A stretch of 12,755 nt of DNA from contig JAYVCD010000207.1 of assembly GCA_043750125.1 (NCBI GenBank), positions 1 to 12,755 on the forward strand, given 5' to 3'. Both the position numbers and the translations under genes were made by a program. This stretch comes from Archangiaceae bacterium (GTDB taxonomy: Bacteria > Myxococcota > Myxococcia > Myxococcales > Myxococcaceae). Positions 1 through 6,725 of this stretch are shown piece after piece (position 1 is the first letter of the stretch; each line of letters begins with the position of its first letter). Below the pieces are notes generated by a model. That model made no database searches. It saw nothing but the letters and a program-made list of their open reading frames with translations, and had not been told where the DNA came from.

Positions 1-76
1 GGTAGTCTGATTGTTCAACTTGGGGTGGATCAGTTTCACGCCGCCCAGGTGGATCAGTTTCAGAGCGGCCGGATCA
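1..76. mobile_element. Terminus of an IS21-family insertion sequence (rest of the element lies left of the window)
   Basis: Exact 15-bp direct repeat GGTGGATCAGTTTCA at 24-38 and 48-62 (24-bp period), then GAGCGGCCGGATCA ending in CA at 75-76. Reiterated GGTGGxTCAxTTT motifs at ~24-bp spacing and a TG...CA terminus are typical IS21 ends. No istA/istB is visible, so left versus right end cannot be decided. Confidence 0.72.
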
Positions 77-145
77 AGACCCACCCCCACTGGTGTCGTT
101 TACCGTCGAAGGCCGGTGGTATCTCTCACCAGTGGGGGTGGTTCT
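77..145. repeat. Inverted repeat / long hairpin
   Basis: CCACCCCCACTGGTG (81-95) and CACCAGTGGGGGTGG (127-141) are perfect 15-bp reverse complements with a 31-nt spacer. The stem extends to 77/145 with one mismatch (AGA/TCT). Confidence 0.85.
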
Positions 146-498
146 CACCGGCTCGCGACTTCAGGCCCCCGGAAAGGCGAACTTCAAAGGTCCACCCCAA
201 CCTTCAATGCCCGCAACGCTGGCGACCGAGGACCTCTGGGCGGTTCGCGCTGGGCACGATCACCTTCGATTCCCAGCTGCCGAGTTCGCGCCGAAAATCC
301 ACTTCCCCAGCCCTCCACCCAGGCACGGCCACACCAACGACTTCCAGCCGAGGATGCCGAGTGGGGCTGCCCTCGTTGCGACGAGCAAAAGCGCTCACGG
401 GCATTGGCGCCCACGCGATCGCAACCTGCGCATCGTTTCAGCGACACTTCGATCGAGTGCGCTCGCCGTTTGAAAACGTCTCTGCTACGGGGTGACCG

Positions 499-1245
499 AT
501 GCGCCTCTTTCTCCCCATCGCCGCGAGCTGCGCGCTCCTCGGGTGCCACGTCGGTGGTGAGGCTCCTCTCGACGCCGGCACGGATGCGGGGGTCGACGCC
601 GGAATCGATGCGGGAACCTCCGCGCCCCAGACCTTCGCCTTCTCTTTCGATGGAGGCGCACAGGGCTGGACCGCGCGCTTTGCCGATTACCCTCCCGGCG
701 CAGAAACTTTCTACGAGCTCGACGCGGGTTGGCAGCCCCTTACTGCTCCTCTGGTGGGCAACGGTCTGGCCGTAAGCGGCAACAACCACAGCGACACGCT
801 CTTCATGTACGCCGAGCGCAAAGTCCACGGGCTGCAGTCGATGAGGACCTACCGCGTCGATGCGGAAGTCGAGTTCGCCACCCATGCAGGCACGTCGTGC
901 ACCGGCGTCGGCGGCGCGCCAGGAGAGTCGGTGTACGTCAAGTTGGGCGCGGCCGATCACGCCCCCCTTCGAACCGTGGTCGGGGCCAACTACCAGGTGG
1001 ACATCAGCAAGGGCGATCAAGCGCTCGAAGGGACGGCGATGACCAACGCCGGGGACCTCGCCAACGGATCCCTCGATTGCTCGGGGTCCACCTGGAGACT
1101 CAAGACGGCCACCAAGCCGATCGCGACCCGGGTGAAAGCGGCCGCCGACGGAAGCGTGTGGCTGCTGTTTGGCACCGATTCCGGATTCGAAGGAAGAACC
1201 ACCGTCATCTACACCCGAGCCCGTTTCACGCTGGTTCCCGAGTGA
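499..1245 (+). CDS. Conserved hypothetical lipoprotein (248 aa), beta-rich, with DAG low-complexity linker
   Basis: ATG at 499 and signal peptide with lipobox LLG-C16. DAGT-DAGV-DAGI-DAGT linker, then a globular region with motifs GWTARFADYP, SGNNHSDTLFM, GGAPGESV and GTDSGFEG, which I recall from an uncharacterised bacterial lipoprotein family. GC-rich third codon positions. Confidence 0.85.
   Translation: MRLFLPIAASCALLGCHVGGEAPLDAGTDAGVDAGIDAGTSAPQTFAFSFDGGAQGWTARFADYPPGAETFYELDAGWQPLTAPLVGNGLAVSGNNHSDTLFMYAERKVHGLQSMRTYRVDAEVEFATHAGTSCTGVGGAPGESVYVKLGAADHAPLRTVVGANYQVDISKGDQALEGTAMTNAGDLANGSLDCSGSTWRLKTATKPIATRVKAAADGSVWLLFGTDSGFEGRTTVIYTRARFTLVPE
571..618 (+). repeat. 4 x 12-bp coding tandem repeat (Asp-Ala-Gly-X)
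   Basis: GACGCCGGCACG / GATGCGGGGGTC / GACGCCGGAATC / GATGCGGGAACC. Confidence 0.85.
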
Positions 1246-1289
1246 GCGGCCGGCTGGGGACAGCCGGTCGATGTGCTGACCGTTCGTCG

Positions 1290-1487
1290 ATGAAGCCGCT
1301 CTGGGGTCTGCTCGTCATCGGAAGTCTTGCGCTCGCCGGCTGCCGGCGCGTTCCCAATCCCGAGTGTCGAAGCGGGTGCGCGAGCTCAGAGGACACCTGC
1401 AATCAAGAAGGACACCCGACCTTCGAGCGCAAGTGGCTGTGCTCCAAGCGCTTTGATGAGTGCGAAAAAGCCTGCCCCACCCGGTAA
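1290..1487 (+). CDS. Small Cys-rich lipoprotein (65 aa)
   Basis: The tail of ORF 729..1487 from ATG 1290 reads MKPLWGLLVIGSLALAG-C18, a good n/h region with lipobox LAGC. The mature part has C-x3-C-x6-C-x13-C-x6-C-x3-C. It fills the gap between the stop at 1245 and the ATG at 1501. Confidence 0.8.
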   Translation: MKPLWGLLVIGSLALAGCRRVPNPECRSGCASSEDTCNQEGHPTFERKWLCSKRFDECEKACPTR

Positions 1488-1500
1488 GGGATTCTTTGCG

Positions 1501-3420
1501 ATGCTTACCCGCGGCAACGTCGAAGCGCTCAGCAAGGACCTCGAGAACCCGGCGGCCGCCTTCAACGCCGCACTCGAGCGCAAGGACATCGAACAGGCGG
1601 CGGCGATCGCCCTGGCCGCGGTCCTGACCCAACGCCCCCTCGGCCTGCCCGAGCTCTCGAAGATCGCCGCCGACGTGAGCGTCCCCGACGTCCTGCTCCC
1701 CCTCTTCGCCGCCGCGGCGGGAACAGTCGAGCCGCTGCTGTCATCGCTCGAGCTCGATGAGCACCGCGCCGCGTTGGTGCTGGCCGCAGAAGTCTCGAAG
1801 GTGGAAGGAAAACCTTCGGCCTGGCTGATCGATACCCTGGCCGATCAGCTCGACCGCAGCATCACCGACGCGGCGTACGAGCTGCTCGTCGCTTGCGCGC
1901 ATCAGCTCGAGGTCCCCCAGCTGTTCGCGGTCCGTCACAGCGTGCGCACCTACCTGCTTCCCGCCGAAGCACGAGAAGTGTGGGCGACCGTGAAGAGGGA
2001 CATCGCCCGACCGCTGGCGATCCTTCCCGAGCAGGAACTGAGTCTTCCTGTCGTCTCGGTGAAGCGCGGCGGCACCGAGCCCGGCCGAAACGACCTGTGC
2101 CCCTGCGGCAGTGGGCAGAAATTCAAGAAATGCCATGGGGCCGAAGGCGGGCTGGACGCTGTTGCGAAGAGCCGCTCCGAACGGCTGCTCGAGCTGCTGC
2201 CCCGGCTCGAGGTGCGGCATCTGGTCTCGCTGCCGGCGACGGACCTGCGCGGCATCGACCTTTCCAAAGCCCCGTTCAAGCTCGGCCTGGGGGTCTTTCG
2301 CGAGTGGATGTTTCGCCAACGGTGGACCGAGGCCGAGGCCGCGCTCGAGGCGCTGTGCATCCACCCCGAACGTAAAGACGAGGCCGACGGTTACCGCGAT
2401 GAGTTCATCTGGCAGGCGCTGCAGAGCGGCCGGCTGGACGAGGCGCATCGTCAACACCAGAAGCTCGAGAAGCCCGAGCAGTTGACTCCAGTGCTCGACA
2501 TTCACGCTGCGCTGCTCACCCAGTGGCCCCCGTGGCTCGAGCTCATCGAAGACGTCTGCGTCGACGCGGCAAAAGCGGGCCAGCTGCTCGACCTGGTCGA
2601 CTTGACGTACGTGCTGCTGCAGCGCGCTCCGGGGCTGGGCTTGTGGTTGGCCGCCGGCGTCCACGCCCGGCTGCGGCCCGAAGACGCCCAGACGCTCTAC
2701 CTGTCGATGGACGATGCGCGCGACCGGCTTGGGCTGGCGGTGGTGTCGGTGCGCGAAGGACGAAAGCCGGTGCGCGTGGCGGCGAAGAAAGAACCGCTGC
2801 GAGCCTTGAATCCCAAAGAGAAGGCGAAGATCCGCGCGCTCGAATCGACGCTCGAAGAATCGAAGCGGAAGATGCGGCAGATCGAACAGCAGCTCGAGGA
2901 AGAAAAGTCGAAGGCCCACGCGGAAGCACCGGGGCCCACCGCGGTTCCCGGAGCGCGCAAGGCCTTCGCCCAGCGCATCGACGAGCTCGAAGATCGCATT
3001 CGCGAAGGGAACGCCGAGCGCGCGCAGCTGCGGCGCGAAGTCTCCGAGCTGACCGAACGGTTGGAACTGGGCAAAGAGGCGCCGCCCCCCAGGCCCGAGC
3101 CCATCACCGACGAGACAGGCCAGAGTGCAACCCGCCCGCGCGGCTTGATGCTCGCCCAATGGGAACCGCGCGCGGTCGAGTCACTCGAAGCGCTGCCCGC
3201 GCGAGTCTCGGAAGACGTGTTGGTGAAGGTCGCCGAGCTGGGCAGTGGCGATGCAGCCCACTGGATTGAAGTGAAGCAACTGCAGGGGGTCGCCGGGCTG
3301 TACTCGGCTCGAATCGGAATTCACTACCGCGCGCTGTTTACGCTCGAGGGCAAGACCCTGCGGGTGCACGAGGTTGTCCACCGCGAGGGGTTCGACACGG
3401 CGCTGCGGCGGTTCAAGTGA
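1501..3420 (+). CDS. SEC-C motif protein with helical region, coiled coil and C-terminal RelE/ParE-like domain (~639 aa)
   Basis: SEC-C zinc motif PGRNDLCPCGSGQKFKKCHG (2080-2139) and heptad-rich segments at ~2815-3078. The C-terminal ~92 aa (3142-3417) contain KQLQG..GLYSARIG.HYRALF...LRVHEVVHR, matching the RelE/ParE pattern. Start moved from 1327 to ATG 1501, which has AAGGGA upstream and avoids overlapping the small lipoprotein. Confidence 0.85.
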   Translation: MLTRGNVEALSKDLENPAAAFNAALERKDIEQAAAIALAAVLTQRPLGLPELSKIAADVSVPDVLLPLFAAAAGTVEPLLSSLELDEHRAALVLAAEVSKVEGKPSAWLIDTLADQLDRSITDAAYELLVACAHQLEVPQLFAVRHSVRTYLLPAEAREVWATVKRDIARPLAILPEQELSLPVVSVKRGGTEPGRNDLCPCGSGQKFKKCHGAEGGLDAVAKSRSERLLELLPRLEVRHLVSLPATDLRGIDLSKAPFKLGLGVFREWMFRQRWTEAEAALEALCIHPERKDEADGYRDEFIWQALQSGRLDEAHRQHQKLEKPEQLTPVLDIHAALLTQWPPWLELIEDVCVDAAKAGQLLDLVDLTYVLLQRAPGLGLWLAAGVHARLRPEDAQTLYLSMDDARDRLGLAVVSVREGRKPVRVAAKKEPLRALNPKEKAKIRALESTLEESKRKMRQIEQQLEEEKSKAHAEAPGPTAVPGARKAFAQRIDELEDRIREGNAERAQLRREVSELTERLELGKEAPPPRPEPITDETGQSATRPRGLMLAQWEPRAVESLEALPARVSEDVLVKVAELGSGDAAHWIEVKQLQGVAGLYSARIGIHYRALFTLEGKTLRVHEVVHREGFDTALRRFK

Positions 3421-3467
3421 CGAAGGGCAGAGTCCTCTCTGACGGTCCGACGTGAGATAAGCGAATC

Positions 3468-3848
3468 ATGAACTGCCCACAATGCGACGCCGAAATGGCG
3501 GAGCTCGTCAGCCCCAGCGAAGAGCGCATTCACGTCTGCGCCGAATGCGGCCAATGGCTCGATGGGACGCAGCTGAACGCAATACTGCTGCACTCGAATT
3601 TGCCCGGGCTGGCATCGCTGGGGGGTCGGGTGGTCCCCGAGCACGCCACGGGCACCTGCAGCACCTGCCGGGTCAGCCTGGTTCGCCTCGAGAAGGCGGG
3701 GGATCTGTTCTACGAGGTGTGTGAGGAGTGCGGTTGGGTCTTCTTCCCTTTCGACCCTCCCGCCGCCGCAGACTTCGACGCCGCGCGGGCGCAGTTGGTC
3801 GCTGCCGTCACCGCCTTCATCGGGAAGAAGGCCCGCGCCTCGAAGTAG
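3468..3848 (+). CDS. Double Zn-ribbon protein, zf-TFIIB-like (126 aa)
   Basis: CPQC...CAECGQWLDGTQL and CSTC...CEECGWVFF give two CxxC-x15-17-CxxC ribbons. The first has the CxxCG-WLD signature of bacterial zf-TFIIB domains. Confidence 0.85.
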   Translation: MNCPQCDAEMAELVSPSEERIHVCAECGQWLDGTQLNAILLHSNLPGLASLGGRVVPEHATGTCSTCRVSLVRLEKAGDLFYEVCEECGWVFFPFDPPAAADFDAARAQLVAAVTAFIGKKARASK

Positions 3849-4509
3849 CCAGCGCCGCCACGAACAAGACATGCGAGGCCGCGCCGCCGACCCGCGCCGC
3901 GCTTCGTTCCATCTGGGCGTCGAAGCCCGCCCGCCCGAGGCGATTGAGAAAGGGCGCATCGGGGCCCGCGGACCAGACGACCAGCACTCCGCCCGGGCGC
4001 AGCGAGGCGCGCAAGGAAGCGATGCCCTTGTCCTCGTACAATTTTTGATTCTTGCGCGCGGCCAACGCGCTGGGCCCGAGGTCTACGTCGAGCAGCACCG
4101 CGTCGAAGCGCTGGGGGCTGTGGGCCGCCACCTGGGCCACATCGGCGACTTCCACCGTGACCCGGGGGTCCTCGAGGGGCGCCCCGGCGAGGTGGGCGAG
4201 CGGACCTTTGTTCCAGGCGACCACGTCCGGTGAAATTTCGGCCACCACCACCTGCCCCTGGGCAGGCAGCAGGGCCAGCGTCGCTTGAACGGTGAAGCCC
4301 AGGCCCAGGCCACCGATCAACACCACCGGGTTCTTCGCCTTCACCTTCTTCAGAGCGACCGCGGCCATCTCTTGCTCCGAGTGGTAGCGCGCGCTCGACA
4401 TCAGCTCGCGGCCTCCCGAGCGGATCACGAAGACCCCGTCGCGCTCTTGCAGCATCAAGCTCTGGCCTTCGAGTCCCGGCGCCTGCGCCAACGTGATCCA
4501 CGGTTTCAC
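3817..4509 (-). CDS. Spermidine-synthase-like class I SAM-binding protein (230 aa)
   Basis: GTG start and N-terminus MKPW...GRELMSS...SE. SAM motif I VLIGGLGLGFT, then AEISPDVVAWN, DPRV and FDAVLLDVDLGP. The 3' end overlaps the Zn-ribbon gene by 32 bp (convergent). Confidence 0.88.
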   Translation of the reverse strand: MKPWITLAQAPGLEGQSLMLQERDGVFVIRSGGRELMSSARYHSEQEMAAVALKKVKAKNPVVLIGGLGLGFTVQATLALLPAQGQVVVAEISPDVVAWNKGPLAHLAGAPLEDPRVTVEVADVAQVAAHSPQRFDAVLLDVDLGPSALAARKNQKLYEDKGIASLRASLRPGGVLVVWSAGPDAPFLNRLGRAGFDAQMERSAARVGGAASHVLFVAALATSRRGPSSR

Positions 4510-4590
4510 GAGGGGGCGAAGCTACAACGGGAATTGTTTCAAAGGACGGGTGTCTGGCCCCCGCAGAGGTCGCTCGAGGCTGTTCGCGTT

Positions 4591-4740
4591 GCGCTGGCGA
4601 TCACCGCCCCCTACTTCCACGACGGGTCGGAGGGCAGCCTCGAGCAGCTGCTGGAAGAAAACGGCGATCGCATGGGCCACAGCTCCGCCCTTTCGTCCGA
4701 CCAACGCCAGGCGCTGGAGGCCTATCTGCGGTCGCTGTAA
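4591..4740 (+). pseudogene. Orphan C-terminal fragment of a di-heme cytochrome c peroxidase-like (MauG/CcP-type C-terminal domain) gene
   Basis: In-frame LAITAPYFHDGSEGSLEQLL...GDRMG...LSSDQRQALEAYLRSL-stop (TAPYFHDGS at 4603-4629) matches the family's conserved C-terminal pattern TAPYxHDGS..L...L..YL.SL. There is no CxxCH or start upstream, and the upstream frame runs antisense to the 3817-4509 gene. The left boundary is approximate. Confidence 0.72.
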
Positions 4741-4847
4741 CCGGCGAACCCCGCGAAACTAAGGCACTTGGCCCCGCACGCCCGCTTTTGCTTTCTGCTT
4801 TCAGCCCTTGCTGTGTCTGTGTCGTCTCAAACCTGGGGAGACGCGAT

Positions 4848-6134
4848 ATGGGCGTGACATTCGTTGGCGGGTCGTGGGTGGTGCTCGCGCTGGGACTTGC
4901 GGCGTGTTCACCGTCGTCGGTGAGCGTGCCGGACCCCGTGGTCCTGACCGGACCTCGCACCTGGTACGGGTCGGTGGCCCCCCTCGTCGGAGCCCGATGC
5001 GCCATCTGCCACCGCGCCGACAACATCGGGCCGTTCTCGCTCGAGACGCTCGATGACGTTCAGCCGCGGCTGGCGCAGATTCGCAACGCGGTCGCCCAGA
5101 ACCGGATGCCTCCTTTCCCCCCCGACCAGCTCGATGCGTCCGGCTGTCCGAAGATTTCCGACGTGCGCCAGATGAGCGAGCCCGAACGCGCGCTGTTGTT
5201 GGCGTGGATCGACGAAGGCGCTCCGGTCGGGGACAAGCGCGAGCTGCCCAAACCCAAGCCGAACAAGCCCCTGGGTGATCCGACGGATCGCTGGACCATG
5301 GCGTCGGCCTACACCTCGACAATCAAGCAGGGCGACGACTACCGATGCTTCCTGATCATGCCCAACCTGGTCGCCCCCATTCCCGTCGGAGCGGTGTCCG
5401 TCGAGCCCGGCAATCGGTCCATCGTTCACCACTCGGCCGTGTACCTCGTCCCCCCGGACCAGATTGAAAAGCTCAAGGCCCGCGACGCCGCGGATGAAGG
5501 CGACGGCTACAGCTGCTTCGGCGGCGTCGGCGTCGACACCGCGTATCCGGCGGGGCTGTGGGTGCCGGGCAATGATGCGCCGCTGGTTCCTCCACACCCG
5601 GGAGTCGGCTACTTCCTCCCGGTCGGCTGGGCCTTCGTGCTCGAGCAGCACTACAACTTCACCGGCACCACCGAAACCGATCAGTCCAGCGTGGTGCTGT
5701 GGCGTTCGCAGAGCATCCCCACCGAGATCCCGCACGCGATCTTGATTGGAGACACCCACCTCACCTTGCCTCCGATGTCGACCACGACGGTCGATTCGAG
5801 CGGAGCGATCATGGCCAAAGGCGCCACGCCTGCGCTCAACGTCGGCACCGAGGGGCGAATCTATGCAGTGTGGGGACACATGCACTTGTTGGGTCGTTCG
5901 CTCGAGATGGATCTGGTTCGCGCCGACGGCACCGAGCAATGCCTGCTCCACATTCCCAAATGGTCCTTTCAATGGCAGAGCCTCTACAAGCTCAATGAAC
6001 AGATCGTGACCCGGGCCGGGGACAAGATCCGGGTGCGCTGCCACTACGACAACCTGAGCACCAAGACCGTGAGCTACGGCGAAGGCACGGCCGACGAAAT
6101 GTGCTTCGCCAGCGTCGCGATGCTGGATCCCTGA
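4848..6134 (+). CDS. Lipoprotein: c-type cytochrome domain fused to a copper type II (PHM/DBH-like) monooxygenase (~428 aa)
   Basis: GGGGAG SD at 4835-4840, ATG 4848 and lipobox LAA-C20. Heme motif CAICH (4998-5012) with RMPP distal-Met motif (Met at 5106). CuH-type HH (5427-5432) plus QHY (His at 5649), and CuM-type HMH (5877-5885) plus EMC (6096-6104). Confidence 0.9.
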   Translation: MGVTFVGGSWVVLALGLAACSPSSVSVPDPVVLTGPRTWYGSVAPLVGARCAICHRADNIGPFSLETLDDVQPRLAQIRNAVAQNRMPPFPPDQLDASGCPKISDVRQMSEPERALLLAWIDEGAPVGDKRELPKPKPNKPLGDPTDRWTMASAYTSTIKQGDDYRCFLIMPNLVAPIPVGAVSVEPGNRSIVHHSAVYLVPPDQIEKLKARDAADEGDGYSCFGGVGVDTAYPAGLWVPGNDAPLVPPHPGVGYFLPVGWAFVLEQHYNFTGTTETDQSSVVLWRSQSIPTEIPHAILIGDTHLTLPPMSTTTVDSSGAIMAKGATPALNVGTEGRIYAVWGHMHLLGRSLEMDLVRADGTEQCLLHIPKWSFQWQSLYKLNEQIVTRAGDKIRVRCHYDNLSTKTVSYGEGTADEMCFASVAMLDP

Positions 6135-6718
6135 TGGGGACGCTCGCGCTGGTGCTGTCGTTGATCGCGACCCCGAGCGTGGCGGCCGAACCCCAGCCGG
6201 TGGCCGCGGAACCCGAGCCGATCGCGGTCGAGGCGCATGGGCCCAGCGACACCTGGGCCGGCGAACAAAAGCGCGTCCACTGGGGCCTGGGCTTGCGCGC
6301 TCATGTCGGGCTGATGCACCAGCAGCAGGTGCCGTTTCTGCTGGTCGAAAGCGGCCTGATCGTCTTCGTCAGCGCGCGCACCTTCGGCCACCAGGAAGCG
6401 AGCATTCAGTTCGAATTGAGCGGGGGGATCCCGGACACGGTCGCGGGTGAGACCCTGATCACCTACCGCTTCCACCTCAGTCCGCGGTTCTCGGTGGGCG
6501 CCGGGTTGATCTTGTACTGGGGCTTCTGGTCGATGCGGGCGGGGCTCGAAGTGCCTTTCGCGATTCGCATCGGAGACAGCCGACGGCACGAGCTTGGAAT
6601 CGCACTTCGCGGAACTGCGGGCGTCTACAACAACATCAGCTACGTCTGGTGGGACCTCGAGAAGCAGCGGTTCGCGGTGACCTTCGATGCCGCGCTGACC
6701 TACGCGTTTCTCTTCTAG
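6134..6718 (+). CDS. Small outer-membrane beta-barrel protein (~194 aa)
   Basis: ATG overlaps the upstream stop (TGATG 6132-6136). Sec signal ending VAA and a duplicated VAAEP(Q/E)P linker (6179-6220). Alternating amphipathic strands (WGLGLRAHVGL, IQFELSGG, ITYRFHL, FSVGAGL, AGLEVPF, HELGIALRGTAG) and terminal LTYAFLF with a C-terminal Phe. Confidence 0.78.
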   Translation: MGTLALVLSLIATPSVAAEPQPVAAEPEPIAVEAHGPSDTWAGEQKRVHWGLGLRAHVGLMHQQQVPFLLVESGLIVFVSARTFGHQEASIQFELSGGIPDTVAGETLITYRFHLSPRFSVGAGLILYWGFWSMRAGLEVPFAIRIGDSRRHELGIALRGTAGVYNNISYVWWDLEKQRFAVTFDAALTYAFLF

Positions 6719-6725
6719 CCCGCGG

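Noticed and set aside
24-62. 15-bp direct repeat as a CRISPR array or iteron set
   Set aside because: Only two copies with a 9-bp gap, too short for a CRISPR spacer. An IS21-type end explains it better.
119-146. Resemblance of GTATCTCTCACCAGTGGGGGTGGTTCTC to a type I-E CRISPR repeat
   Set aside because: Single copy, internal stem is broken, no cas genes nearby, and it is explained as one arm of the 81-141 inverted repeat.
428-438. GCGCATCGTTT shared with the minus strand at 8760-8750, both upstream of lipoprotein genes
   Set aside because: An 11-mer at different distances from the starts, compatible with chance.
11-498. ORFs 11..775, 25..495, 93..473 and 204..404(-)
   Set aside because: No recognisable motifs. 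Several cross the IS end or hairpin, and most are Arg/Pro/Ser-rich like GC-rich shadow ORFs. Region 146-498 remains unexplained, and a decayed gene cannot be excluded.
1327-1500. N-terminal extension of the SEC-C protein from 1327
   Set aside because: It overlaps a convincing small lipoprotein in another frame, and ATG 1501 has a purine-rich upstream element.
4285-4590. Full 151-aa ORF 4285..4740 as a gene
   Set aside because: The first ~75 codons are antisense to the SAM-binding gene. Only the last ~50 codons look protein-like and are reported as a remnant.
4760-4795. Sigma-54 promoter (GGCAC/TGGC...TTGC words)
   Set aside because: No GG-N10-GC pair with correct -24/-12 spacing.
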